Assembly (NCBI GenBank): GCA_963740315.1
Contig: CAVUDP010000004.1
Location: forward strand, 192,001 to 256,000
DNA length: 64,000 nt
Direction: 5' to 3'
DNA from: an uncultured cyanobacterium
GTDB taxonomy: Bacteria; Cyanobacteriota; Cyanobacteriia; Cyanobacteriales; Nostocaceae
Part shown: in pieces, positions 30,952 through 41,691 of the stretch
Position numbering within the stretch: position 1 is the stretch's first letter
Layout: the number at the start of each line of letters is the position of its first letter
Position numbers and translations under genes: made by a program
Notes under the pieces: generated by a model
Seen by the model: the letters and a program-made list of their open reading frames with translations, nothing else
Database searches by the model: none
What the model was told of the DNA's origin: nothing

Positions 30952-31740
30952 ATGACATTCTCTCAACAACAAAAACCCAAAGACTACGCGTCTCTTAGTC
31001 AAAAAGTATATCAGTACATTAATCAACGCAGTTTAACTCAATTGGCGAAAGAGATTTTCCAAAATGGTATTCCTCTATCACGTAAATTAGTGGGACTCTA
31101 CTTTGATAAAAGGTTTGATAAAAAATACAACGTTGATACTTGCGGTGCGATTCATTTAGAAGAACTAACCATACCAGATAAAAGCAATATCGAGTCTGCT
31201 TCTATTTACGATCCCGCTCCTGCTCGAACAGTTAAAACGCTGTTTTCTTATCTTCCTAATGACTTAAATAACTATACTTTGGTTGATTTTGGCTCTGGGA
31301 AAGGGCGTGTTATGTTAGTCGCCGCAGAGTATTCCTTTCGCAAGATTATCGGTGTAGAGTTTGCTAAGGAATTACACGAAGTAACAGTTGAGAATATTGC
31401 CAATTATAAAAGCTCTCAACAAAAGTGTTTTGACATTGAATCTGTTTGCGCTGACGCTGCAAAGTTTGAAATTCCAGAAGATAATTGTATATTTTATTTT
31501 TTCGCACCTTTTAAAGAAGATGTTTTGTCATCAGTAATTGAGAATATTAAGCAGTCTTATCAACAAGCTCCCAGACATATGTGGATTTTGTACATTACAG
31601 ATCCCATAACACATCCTACTTCTTTTAATATAATCGAAAACTCTGGAATATTTTCTGAAGTACGTGGAGAATATTGTCCATTTGATATTGCCCTACGAGA
31701 TAGTCTGTATTACAAGATATACAAAACGGTGGGGTTGTAA
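30952..31740 (+). CDS. Class I SAM-dependent methyltransferase
   Basis: LVDFGSGKGR, IIGVEF, CADA, YFFAPF. Confidence 0.85.
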   Translation: MTFSQQQKPKDYASLSQKVYQYINQRSLTQLAKEIFQNGIPLSRKLVGLYFDKRFDKKYNVDTCGAIHLEELTIPDKSNIESASIYDPAPARTVKTLFSYLPNDLNNYTLVDFGSGKGRVMLVAAEYSFRKIIGVEFAKELHEVTVENIANYKSSQQKCFDIESVCADAAKFEIPEDNCIFYFFAPFKEDVLSSVIENIKQSYQQAPRHMWILYITDPITHPTSFNIIENSGIFSEVRGEYCPFDIALRDSLYYKIYKTVGL

Positions 31741-32021
31741 GTTTTGGCAGTTTCTTGAATAATAAATATCCAGTGAAAAATCGCAATTTTTAAGATAGTT
31801 GTCTCAGATGTAACAGTGCTATATCTAGGGCAACTAATTTTTATTAACCTATTTATATTGAATCGCGATCGCACTACAAGTTAAGTAATATAAAAAATAA
31901 AAAGATAGTCCCCATAAATAACGATGCTTAGATAACGTATTTACGATCGCGCTATGCGTATTAAAAAAATATTTTGATTTTTCCCATAAATAAATCCCAG
32001 GGCTTTAAACCGATTCAAAAA

Positions 32022-32552
32022 CTATTCTATTTTCTGGATCTCTTCAAGTTTTGCTAATAAAAGGTCACTTATAATTACCCCCACTAGCTTAGTATTCTTA
32101 TTAAAGACTGGTACAGAATAAGTTGTCAAAAGAATATCTTCACCAGCTTTGCCAATATCAAAATAAGGAACGCTCCAGACAGCTTTTCTTTGCTTGACTG
32201 GAACGTCATACCAAACAGTGTTAGTGTAACGAAATTCGGTAGCTATATCTCTACTTTCAAATCCACTTATACTTTTTAATACAAAAGGGCAAGAGGAACG
32301 TATTTCAGGCGAGAAAGCAAACGCACTTCCAATTATTACAGGATTTTTTTGTAAGTGATTTGTTAATAAGGTAAAAATATCATCAATATCTGGAGGTATG
32401 CGATCGAAAGAAACAGCTAATTTTTCTGTCGATTCTTGAATAAGTTTCCTTGTTTTATCTCTATGGTTTACTACGTTTTTATTTTTTAAAAAAGCAAGAT
32501 AGTTTTTTAAACAAGAAATCTCAAGATTCAGATTGTTAAAGATATTATTCAT
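32022..32552 (-). CDS. Stand-alone Cache-domain protein
   Basis: GSAFAF, WYDVP, WSVPYFD, TTYSVPV, GVIISD; no TM or output domain. Confidence 0.75.
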   Translation of the reverse strand: MNNIFNNLNLEISCLKNYLAFLKNKNVVNHRDKTRKLIQESTEKLAVSFDRIPPDIDDIFTLLTNHLQKNPVIIGSAFAFSPEIRSSCPFVLKSISGFESRDIATEFRYTNTVWYDVPVKQRKAVWSVPYFDIGKAGEDILLTTYSVPVFNKNTKLVGVIISDLLLAKLEEIQKIE

Positions 32553-33077
32553 TTTTTATTCATGCTATTTATGATTCATCAATGAAGTAATGATGCACCA
32601 CGACGAATTATTAGTTGGGGTGCATCATCATATTTTAAATAATAGTGACTCTTAAAATTAGAGACACTAATGTTTACCAAAATCTAGCTGAATTAGGGGA
32701 ATTATGGGAGGTAGAGGTAAGATCAACCCCTAACTTATTAATATCACACAAAGAGTTTATACAGTAAAAACATATATTTAAAAAGGCAGTATTTTTACGA
32801 ATTTTTGGTAAATTTTTAGATGTTTGTATAAATTAATTTTTAGCAAAAAAATATAACTATTGACTTAATTTTATACTTTTATTATCTATTTTTTATCAAA
32901 TCTACATAAATAACCTACTTTTTACTCTGAGCTATCGATCGGCTTTGCAAGCAGGCTAATGTTGTTCAAAAAATCAACTTTCTCAACACCTAAAATTATT
33001 AAAATTCGTATTTTAAATAGACAGCATAAACAAGGTTATACCAATAAACATTAATATTTCTGCTAATTAATAGATAT

Positions 33078-34388
33078 TTATAACAAACGCAACTGTGTAT
33101 TTTCACCAATTACAGAATTTTGACCGCCTTCTGAATGCTTATTATCCGAAGAATCTAATACCTCTTCTGACTCTAGGTCGAATAATTTATGTGCCGCTTC
33201 TAACATGGAATTAGCAATGTCCTGAAGGTCTTCACGGTTGTTTAAATAAGTTTTTAATGCTTCCATTGGGTCAATGCTGCTACTCGCACTCAATTCTGGA
33301 AGGCGGGGACGAGCTAACTGACTGACTAATTCCGGATGAATGGTATAAGTATGTGCCGGACTTAATATTTCTTGTAAAGAAGCGTTATCAATTAAATCTA
33401 ACTGTTCCGAACGAAGCTTGTAAACTAACCTCACAACCGCATCTTCAATATTATTTTTGGCTACTACTTTGGCGATCGCAGCGATCGGATCTTCGGCTTT
33501 AGAAACATCAGCTTCAATGGTGCGGAAAGCGCGAACAGATAAAGGACAAAATTCCCATTTAGCGCTACCCGATTCAACTTCTACCATGACATAGCCTTTG
33601 TCTTCCTTCTCTTCACTAAAATCAACTCGTTCGATGCTTCCGGGATATATTACCGGGGGTTTGTTAGATTTATTCAAATTTTGGTGACGATGCACGTGTC
33701 CTAAAGCTACATAATCAAAACATGGACGTGTCAGCAAAGACAAAGGAAGAGTGAAACCTTTACCCACCGCCAAAAAACGCTCTGCTCCCAAGTTTGCATT
33801 ATCTGCCATCAAGTGAGCTAAAAGTACAATTGGCACATCGGGATCGAGACGACGAATTTCTCCTTCCAATACAACTTGCAAACGTTCGGTTAACAGTTGA
33901 TTGATTTCCCCTAACGATAAACCCTGAGTTTCCTGACGAGTCATCAAAGCAGAACGAGTTAACCAAGGTAAAGTTATCACCTGTATCGCACCGCTACGAG
34001 TTTCAATATTATGCGTAGTTAAAGTATCTCCTACAACAATACCAGGCACGCCCAAAGTACGGTAAATACATAGACTTGCTCCGCCTTGCCCTTGTGAATG
34101 TTGGTCGTGATTTCCAACAAGTAATACTGTAGGGATTTGAGCATCCACCAAGCGGCGAAACTGACCCGCAAACGCTTGCTGCACGTAAGGTGGCGGCGTT
34201 GCATCGGGAAAAGCATCGCCACCAAACAGCACCAAATCTACTTGTTCTGCGATCGCGCGGTCAATACACACAGATAAAGTACCGACAAAATCTTCCAAGC
34301 GCGTATTTAAACCAGTTTCTGGATTCACGCGCCCGTGGGTAAAGCCACTTCCCATATGAATGTCGGAAAGGTGGAGGATTTTAATCAT
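33078..34388 (-). CDS. sbcD: SbcD/Mre11 nuclease
   Basis: HLSDIH, GD, GNHD, LGHVH, YPGS. Confidence 0.93.
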   Translation of the reverse strand: MIKILHLSDIHMGSGFTHGRVNPETGLNTRLEDFVGTLSVCIDRAIAEQVDLVLFGGDAFPDATPPPYVQQAFAGQFRRLVDAQIPTVLLVGNHDQHSQGQGGASLCIYRTLGVPGIVVGDTLTTHNIETRSGAIQVITLPWLTRSALMTRQETQGLSLGEINQLLTERLQVVLEGEIRRLDPDVPIVLLAHLMADNANLGAERFLAVGKGFTLPLSLLTRPCFDYVALGHVHRHQNLNKSNKPPVIYPGSIERVDFSEEKEDKGYVMVEVESGSAKWEFCPLSVRAFRTIEADVSKAEDPIAAIAKVVAKNNIEDAVVRLVYKLRSEQLDLIDNASLQEILSPAHTYTIHPELVSQLARPRLPELSASSSIDPMEALKTYLNNREDLQDIANSMLEAAHKLFDLESEEVLDSSDNKHSEGGQNSVIGENTQLRLL

Positions 34389-34422
34389 AATAGTTAGTTG
34401 TTAGTTAATAGTTAATAGTTTA

Positions 34423-34560
34423 TATAGCAATCCTAAATCAATTGTAAAAAAATTGTGCTTATTAATATTTATAAAGTAGTGGGAGCAAGATGCCCGCTGG
34501 CAATAGCGAGCAAGATGCTCGCACTACTTAAAATTCTACGAATCATTTAGGACTGCTATA
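34423..34560. mobile_element. MITE with TATAGCA(A/G)TCCTAAAT TIRs
   Basis: Inverted ends at 34423 and 34560; internal GTAGT-GCGAGCA-type hairpins; partial second copy at 21923. Confidence 0.82.
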
Positions 34561-34732
34561 TGTATTTAAAACTATTAACTTATAACTAATTTTTTACACA
34601 ATTTTATTAAATTATCACTACAAATATAAATACAGAAAGACGTTGCATTGCAACGTCTCTACACAATTTATATGTATCACCATTTACGTAAAGCGGTACA
34701 ACTCTTAACTCCCAACTCAATACTCCTAACTA

Positions 34733-35455
34733 CTAAATATGTATTCCACACTCGGTTTTTCCAGTACCGCGCCAGCGTCCATCACGTTCGCTTTCGCCTT
34801 CTGCCACCTTGCTAGTGATAGGTTCATCGCCAACACTGGGATAACCTTGGTCGTGTAAAGGATTGTAAATAACTTTGTGTTCGCCAACAAAATCCCAAGT
34901 TTCTTTGCGAGTCCAGGTAGCTAAAGGATTAATTTTAAGACGACCTTTTTTATCCAACTCAAAAATCGGCATACTTGCGCGAGTTGGTGCTTGATTGCGT
35001 CTGCGTCCAGTTATCCAAGCGACGGTATCAAGTTCGTCCAAACCTCGTTGCAAAGGTTCAATTTTAGTAACGTCGTGAAATTTTACAATGTCTTTATCCC
35101 AAAGCGTTTCACCGTATAAAGAGGTAAAAGCTTCGCGGCTATCAACATCCTCATTTTTATAAACTTTCAAATTAACGTTGTACAGCTGCTTTACTTTTTC
35201 CACTAATTCCAAAGTTTCGCGGAAATGGAACAGCGTATCGAGAAAAATTACAGGTGTTTGCTGCTTGAGTTCGCGATAGAGAATGTCAGTAATGACAATA
35301 TCATCTACATTAAAAGCGCTTGTTTGTACCAAACCTGTAGGAACATTCTGTGCACTCCATGCCAAAATTTCTCTTGGATGAGCAGTTTCGTATTTCTGGT
35401 TCAACTCTTCCAATTTGGAATCAGTAAATTGAGTAGATGCTGGGGAAATAGTCAT
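34733..35455 (-). CDS. cysH: PAPS reductase
   Basis: FLDTLFHF, WITGRRR, KINPL, GYPSVG, TECGIH. Confidence 0.95.
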   Translation of the reverse strand: MTISPASTQFTDSKLEELNQKYETAHPREILAWSAQNVPTGLVQTSAFNVDDIVITDILYRELKQQTPVIFLDTLFHFRETLELVEKVKQLYNVNLKVYKNEDVDSREAFTSLYGETLWDKDIVKFHDVTKIEPLQRGLDELDTVAWITGRRRNQAPTRASMPIFELDKKGRLKINPLATWTRKETWDFVGEHKVIYNPLHDQGYPSVGDEPITSKVAEGESERDGRWRGTGKTECGIHI

Positions 35456-35768
35456 AACAATTAATCGTTCAAATGCTTACATAGCAGGGATAAAATAATT
35501 TTACCGCACAAAGGCACATAATCCGGTCGGGATTTAGTATTTTGATCTAGAGAGGGGGGATGGGGAAGAGGGGGAAGAGGGGGAAGAGGGGGAGATGGGG
35601 AAGAAATTTTAATTACTAACTGCTAACTGGTAACTGCTAACTGAAGTAAATACTTAAGTAATTGCTAAGTAAGTTTACGTAATTTTAAGTTTTACGATAG
35701 TTTTGTAGATAATTATACGGTTACTGATAATCTAATAACATATTTAATAATCAAAGGATTGTAAAAAA

Positions 35769-35873
35769 ATGAATGAATCAAAAGGTCCTAACGCGCTTAA
35801 AGAATCCTTGCTGATGGGCGTTTTGGTGATGATTACCGGCGCAAGCGTTATCACTATTATGAATATGTTTTAG
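35769..35873 (+). CDS. Unannotated 34-aa single-TM protein MNESKGPNALKESLLMGVLVMITGASVITIMNMF
   Basis: AAAGGA RBS upstream, hydrophobic helix, GC richer than its flanks, terminator downstream. Confidence 0.65.
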   Translation: MNESKGPNALKESLLMGVLVMITGASVITIMNMF

Positions 35874-35911
35874 GTCAAGATGAGATTTTTAGCGTAACAT
35901 AACTTTATATT

Positions 35912-35940
35912 GCCCCGCTCTTTGCTGAGAGGGGTTTTTA
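35912..35940 (+). terminator. Rho-independent terminator
   Basis: CCCCGCTC...GAGAGGGG followed by TTTTT. Confidence 0.65.
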
Positions 35941-36049
35941 ATTTTAGATTTTAGATTTTAGTTTTTTAATTTCAGATTTTACAAGCTTTTAGTTTTTTAT
36001 TTATTCCCTACTCCCTATTCCCTACTCCCTACTCCCTATTTCCTATTTC

Positions 36050-39000
36050 CTATTTCTTATGAGAAATCGGAATCTGAATAATAAAACTCGTTCCTTCACC
36101 TTTTACGGATTGACAAGTTAACTTTCCACGATGTTTATCTACAATAATTTGGTAGCTGACTGACAAACCTAATCCCGTACCTTTTCCAACTTCTTTAGTA
36201 GTGAAAAAAGGATCAAAAAGTTTATGTATAATATTTTGAGGAATACCGCAACCGTTATCGTAAATGCTTATTTGAGCGGTATTAGTGTTTGTTTTTTTAG
36301 TAAAAATTCTAATTTGAGGAATAAAACTATTATCCTTATTAGTTTTTTCTTCTAATGCATCAATTGCATTAATTAAGATATTCATAAACACTTGATTTAG
36401 TTGAGAAGGATAGCATTCAATAAAAGGGAGACTACCGTATTCTTTAATAATTTCAATACCACAAGAATTCGGTTTCGGCTTCAAACGATTTTGTAAAATC
36501 ATTAACGTAGATTCTACCCCTTCGTGAATATCTACTTTTTTGAATTCAGATTCATCCAACCGTGAAAAATTACGTAGTGATAAAACAATTTCCCGAATGC
36601 GTCGGGTTCCTTCTTCCATTGAAGTGAGGATTTTTGTTAAATCTTCTTGGAGAAAATCAAGTTCTATTGCTGCAATTTCTCGTTTAATTTCCTTTACTGG
36701 ATTCGGGTAATGTTTCTGATAAAGTTCTAAAAGTCTGAATAAATCTTGCGTATATTCACGAACGAAAGAAAGGTTCGCATGAATAAAGTTTGCAGGGTTA
36801 TTAATTTCGTGAGCGACACCTGCTACCATTTGACCTAAGCCGGACATTTTTTCAGTTTGAATCAGCTGTGCTTGAGTTTGTTGCAGTTTTTGTAGAGTCT
36901 TTTCTAACTCAATAGCTTTTTGCTGTACTTCAATTTCTGCTAATTTACGTTGAGTAATATCGGTTGCAACACCGAGTAATTGCTTCACTGTACCGTCTTC
37001 GTTGCGATGAAAAACTGTTTGTCTATCGTAAAACCAATGCCATTCACCATCATGATGTTTGACGCGATATTCAAATTCTAAAATATCCCCATCAGCAGCA
37101 GCAAGTATTTTTTGCTGTAGCGAAATAATTGTTTCAAAATCTTCTGGATGGATTATCTTGGACATAAAGTTGTCTTCCTCAGCTTGAATTTCTTCGTGGG
37201 AATAACCAAGAAAAGCAGCAGCTTCTTGATTTGCATAGATATTTCGTTGTTCTTCAATATCGAAGATATAAAGCATATTTGGAGAAGAATTGGTGATGCG
37301 TTGAATAAAATGCTGGCTGGCTTTAAGTTCTTCTTCTGCTTGCTTGCGATCGCTAATATTTATTGTTGTTCCTACTAAGCGATAAATTTTACCTCGATCG
37401 TCTTCGATCGGATTCATGGTTGTTAACAGCCAAATTTCTTTACCTTGTAATATCAGAGATTCTTCATAAGTAATCGCGGTACCAGCTTCTATACAGTTTT
37501 TACATTTGGAATATATTTCTGCTGCTGCATATACACCAAATATTTCTTCTAAAGTTTTACCAATAACTTCAGCATTAGATAAACCAATCATCCGCAGTCC
37601 AAAAGAATTGATACCCGCACAACGTAATTCGTCACCATCAACATCGACGACAAATATATTATGTTCCATTCCATCGTAAATGCTGCGTAAAAATTGTTCT
37701 TGCTCTTGTAATTTTGATTCAGTTTGTTTAATTTCGGTAATATCAATTACACAACTATACCAAAGAATAGAATTATCCAATTGTAATTCAGGTTTAGAAA
37801 CACCTTTTAACCATTTTTGTTTACCGCTTGTAGTCATAATCCGCCATTGGTATTCCCAAATATCAAAAGTTTGTGCAGAATTGGCAATACTTTGTTTTAA
37901 ACCTCGAAGATCGTCGGGATGGGTACAAGCAAACAATAATTGGCTATTTTGTTGAGCTTTTAATGGTTCAACTTCAAAGATTTCCCAACAGCCAGAAGAT
38001 ATATAAGGAAATGATATTGTACCGTCGGGAGTTAAGCAAAATTCGTTAATCATCCCCGGTACGCTATCTGTTAATTTTTTTAATCTTGCTTCGCTTTGAC
38101 GAAGTGCGAAAGTACGTTGTTCTACTTTTGTTTCTAATTCTTCATTGAGCTTTTGTAGTGCGCGTTCGGCTTGTTTGCGTTTGCTAATATCAACTACACA
38201 GCCATCCCAAAGAATAGAATTATCTGCTTGTAATTGAGGTTTAGAAATTCCTTTTAACCACTTATTGTTACCACTTGGAGTAGTAATTCGCCATTCATAT
38301 TCCCAATTTTGAAGAGTCTGAGCAGAAATAGCAATTGATTCTTTCAACGCAGGTAAATCTTGGGGATGAACCATTGTAAACAACAAATCGGCATCGTCAT
38401 ACACTTTTTGCGGTTCAACTTCCCAAATATCTTGGCATCCTGAAGAAACGTAGGGAAAAGAAATCGTACCATCAAGGTTTAGTTGAAATTGAAAAATCAT
38501 TCCCGGTACGTTATCTGCTAACCGAGAAAGTCGCATCTCGCTTTCATGTAACTGCGCTGTACGCTGCTTAACTTTAACTTCTAATGTTTCATTTAATCTT
38601 TTAAGTTCTTCTTCTACTTGCTTGGGTTCGGTAATATTTTCAATAGTACCGAGAATACCTATTACATTACCTTCGCCGTCGCGAAAAGGAATTTTGTTTG
38701 TATCCAACCAGAACAAATTCCCGTCTGGTTGTACTTGAGTTTCAATAATATTAAGTTCGGGTACACCATTATCCATAACCCGTTTGTCATCGTATTCTTG
38801 AAACCATTGTGTTTCCTCTTCAACCCAAGGTAAATCGCGATCGCTTTTACCGATTATATTGGACGGTTCACCAATACCAGCATCTTCAGCAAAATTGCGA
38901 TTACAGCCCAGATAAACCGAATTCCTGTCTTTCCAGAACACAGAATGCGGGATATAAGAGATCGCGAGTTGAAATAATTGTTCGCACAGTTGTAACTTAT

Positions 39001-39073
39001 CTCTTAACTGCTGATTTTCTTGCTTGAGTGATTCATAAATACTTTTATCAATAGCGATCGTATTTTCAGTCAT
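36050..39073 (-). CDS. Cytoplasmic multi-PAS histidine kinase
   Basis: About five PAS/PAC domains; VAHEINNP, QVFMNILINAID, DNGCG, FFTTK, GTGLGL. Confidence 0.93.
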   Translation of the reverse strand: MTENTIAIDKSIYESLKQENQQLRDKLQLCEQLFQLAISYIPHSVFWKDRNSVYLGCNRNFAEDAGIGEPSNIIGKSDRDLPWVEEETQWFQEYDDKRVMDNGVPELNIIETQVQPDGNLFWLDTNKIPFRDGEGNVIGILGTIENITEPKQVEEELKRLNETLEVKVKQRTAQLHESEMRLSRLADNVPGMIFQFQLNLDGTISFPYVSSGCQDIWEVEPQKVYDDADLLFTMVHPQDLPALKESIAISAQTLQNWEYEWRITTPSGNNKWLKGISKPQLQADNSILWDGCVVDISKRKQAERALQKLNEELETKVEQRTFALRQSEARLKKLTDSVPGMINEFCLTPDGTISFPYISSGCWEIFEVEPLKAQQNSQLLFACTHPDDLRGLKQSIANSAQTFDIWEYQWRIMTTSGKQKWLKGVSKPELQLDNSILWYSCVIDITEIKQTESKLQEQEQFLRSIYDGMEHNIFVVDVDGDELRCAGINSFGLRMIGLSNAEVIGKTLEEIFGVYAAAEIYSKCKNCIEAGTAITYEESLILQGKEIWLLTTMNPIEDDRGKIYRLVGTTINISDRKQAEEELKASQHFIQRITNSSPNMLYIFDIEEQRNIYANQEAAAFLGYSHEEIQAEEDNFMSKIIHPEDFETIISLQQKILAAADGDILEFEYRVKHHDGEWHWFYDRQTVFHRNEDGTVKQLLGVATDITQRKLAEIEVQQKAIELEKTLQKLQQTQAQLIQTEKMSGLGQMVAGVAHEINNPANFIHANLSFVREYTQDLFRLLELYQKHYPNPVKEIKREIAAIELDFLQEDLTKILTSMEEGTRRIREIVLSLRNFSRLDESEFKKVDIHEGVESTLMILQNRLKPKPNSCGIEIIKEYGSLPFIECYPSQLNQVFMNILINAIDALEEKTNKDNSFIPQIRIFTKKTNTNTAQISIYDNGCGIPQNIIHKLFDPFFTTKEVGKGTGLGLSVSYQIIVDKHRGKLTCQSVKGEGTSFIIQIPISHKK

Positions 39074-39386
39074 GGTAGAAATGCAATCTGGAGTTAAAGT
39101 AGTTAGTATTTATAGTTCCCAAATATCAGTTAACAGTGAACAGTGAGCAGTTAGCAGTTAAGAGGAGAGAGGGGCGAGAGGGGGTAGAGGGATGGGGGGA
39201 CAAGGAGATGGGGAGACAAGGAGAAGAGAGTTCTTGAGGCTCTTGAGGCTCTTGAGGCAGGGGATATTAAATAATTTAAAATTAATTGCTTCCTCCGCTC
39301 CCGGAGCTTCCTCCGCTCCCTCCGCCTTCTTCATCTCCTCACTCCTCACTCCGTGAGCAATGCCCAATTCCCAATGCCCGTAAATC

Positions 39387-39653
39387 ATGAAATTAATCTT
39401 ATACAGCAAGCCGGGATGTCATTTATGCGAGGGTTTGCTCTCAAAGTTGGAAACCATAATGCAAACTCAGGATTTCGCTTCTCTAGAATTAGAGGTACGA
39501 GATATTACAACTCGTGAAGATTGGTTTGCTGCTTATGAGTATGAAGTACCCGTACTATGTGTAGCAAAAGATGATAATTTGCAAACAATTCCGCGCCCTT
39601 CTCCCCGTGCTTCCGTTACTCAGTTAGAAAAAACTCTCCGGAAGTATATTTGA
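39387..39653 (+). CDS. Glutaredoxin-like (DUF836) protein
   Basis: YSKPGCHLC and YEVPV. Confidence 0.9.
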   Translation: MKLILYSKPGCHLCEGLLSKLETIMQTQDFASLELEVRDITTREDWFAAYEYEVPVLCVAKDDNLQTIPRPSPRASVTQLEKTLRKYI

Positions 39654-39852
39654 CTATTTGTATATCGTGAAAAATGTTGCAAAATAAGCCCAAGCAATGC
39701 GTATGACCGACCTATTTTGGATTTTAAATCGAACAAGCCTCGTGATTGACGACGAGGATAATCAATAATCTTTTTGCCTCTCTTGAGAAACAAGCTACAT
39801 AATCTAAAATCTAAAATCCAAAATCCAAAATTGAACTGACGAGGTTGACAAG

Positions 39853-41376
39853 ATGAAACTGCGTGAATTACTAGGTGCTATTGACGGTATGTCGCAATTA
39901 CCCCAACATCCCGCTATGGATGCTGAAGTTAAGGGTTTGACGACAAATTCCCATGCTACCAATGTCGGGGATGTGTTTATTGGAATGCCGGGTACGCGAG
40001 TTGATGGCGGGGATTTTTGGGAAAGCGCCATTAAAGCTGGTGCGATCGCTGCTGTTATTTCTCCCCAAGCTGCCGAAAAGTATCCTCCCCTTGCTCCCCC
40101 TTATCAAGAGGATGTTGACGGAAATTCTCCTTTGGCGATCGTAGCGGCTGATATGAAGTCAGCTTGCGCTCAGCTAGCTGCGGCTTTCTTCGATTATCCG
40201 GGACAAAAATTAAAGTTAATTGGCGTAACGGGGACAAATGGTAAGACTACAACCAGCCATTTGATTGAATATTTTCTCGACAAAGCTGAGTTATCTACCG
40301 CTTTGATGGGAACTCTATACACTCGCTGGAAGGGTTTTGTGCAAACTGCTGCTTACACTACGCCGTTTGCGGTAGAGTTGCAAAAACAATTGAAAGCCGC
40401 CCTCGATGCTGGCAATGAATATGGAACGATGGAAGTAAGTTCCCATGCTTTGGCACAAGGAAGGGTTTTGGGTTGCAAATTTGAAGTTGGAGTATTTACC
40501 AACTTGACTCAAGATCACCTTGATTACCACAAGGATATGGAAGATTATTTTGCTGCTAAAAGCTTATTATTCAGTTCCGATTATCTCACGGGAAGAGCAG
40601 TTATTAACTTAGATGATTCTTATGGTAAGCGGTTAATAGAAACTTTAGGCGAAAACAAAGTATGGAGTTACAGCGTTAACGATTCCACCGCCGACTTATA
40701 TATGAGTGACTTGAGTTACGAACCTAATGGGGTTAACGGCACTCTACATACTCCAAAAGGTGAGGTAGCTTTCAATTCGCCCCTTGTCGGACAATTTAAC
40801 TTAGAAAATTTACTAGCGGCTGTAGGAGCCGTTTTAAATTTCGACTTAGATTTACAATTAATAGCTGCCGCGATACCCGAATTTGAGGGAGTTCCCGGAC
40901 GTATGGAAAGAGTCCAAATTAGCTCAAACCAAGATGTCAGCGTGATTGTAGATTATGCCCATACCCCCGATAGCTTAGAGAACTTGTTAAAAGCATCACG
41001 TCCATTTATTCCGGGTAAAATGATTTGCGTATTCGGTTGCGGTGGAGACAGAGACAAAACAAAGCGTCCCAAAATGGGTAAAATCGCCGCTCATTTAGCC
41101 GACTTAGCGGTAGTAACCTCCGACAATCCGCGTACCGAAGATCCAGAAAGCATTTTACAAGATATCTTGACCGGAATACCCTCTTCAGTTGAACCGATGG
41201 TAATTGGCGATCGCGCTACCGCCATTCGTACTGCCATCATGGAAGCAAAATCTGGAGACGGAATATTGTTAGCCGGAAAAGGACACGAAGATTACCAAAT
41301 CCTCGGCACCGAAAAAATCCACTTCGACGACAGAGAACACGCACGCTCCGCTTTGGGAGAGAGGATGAAGGGATGA
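39853..41376 (+). CDS. murE: UDP-MurNAc-L-Ala-D-Glu:meso-DAP ligase
   Basis: GTNGKTT, MEVSSH, DHLDYH, DYAHTPD, DNPR, AGKGHE. Confidence 0.97.
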   Translation: MKLRELLGAIDGMSQLPQHPAMDAEVKGLTTNSHATNVGDVFIGMPGTRVDGGDFWESAIKAGAIAAVISPQAAEKYPPLAPPYQEDVDGNSPLAIVAADMKSACAQLAAAFFDYPGQKLKLIGVTGTNGKTTTSHLIEYFLDKAELSTALMGTLYTRWKGFVQTAAYTTPFAVELQKQLKAALDAGNEYGTMEVSSHALAQGRVLGCKFEVGVFTNLTQDHLDYHKDMEDYFAAKSLLFSSDYLTGRAVINLDDSYGKRLIETLGENKVWSYSVNDSTADLYMSDLSYEPNGVNGTLHTPKGEVAFNSPLVGQFNLENLLAAVGAVLNFDLDLQLIAAAIPEFEGVPGRMERVQISSNQDVSVIVDYAHTPDSLENLLKASRPFIPGKMICVFGCGGDRDKTKRPKMGKIAAHLADLAVVTSDNPRTEDPESILQDILTGIPSSVEPMVIGDRATAIRTAIMEAKSGDGILLAGKGHEDYQILGTEKIHFDDREHARSALGERMKG

Positions 41377-41583
41377 CGGGGATGGGGGGATGGGGAGATG
41401 GGGAGATGGGGAGAGGGGGTAGAGGGGGGATGGGGAGATGGGGAGATGGGGAGAGGGGGAGATGGGGTGATGGGGTAGATTAAGTAATCAACTGCTAACT
41501 GCTAACTGCTAACTGCTAACTGCTAACTCTCTATTCCCAATTCCCATTCACGCGGAGCGTGCGGGCGTATCCCAATTCCCAAT
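41374..41583. repeat. STRR arrays with an inserted CACGCGGAGCGTGCG unit
   Basis: Tandem GGGGAGAT, AACTGCT and TTCCCAA repeats. Confidence 0.85.
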
Positions 41584-41691
41584 TTTTTATCTTTTTGTAA
41601 AAAAATTACACTTAGGGGGGAGAATCTAAGAAAGTATTATTTATTGCTGGATACTTCTTAGGTTTTCCTTCTTTTGTTTTCTTTAGTTGTT

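Noticed and set aside
33078..34388. sbcD without adjacent sbcC as a novel nuclease system
   Set aside because: The two genes are commonly unlinked in cyanobacteria.
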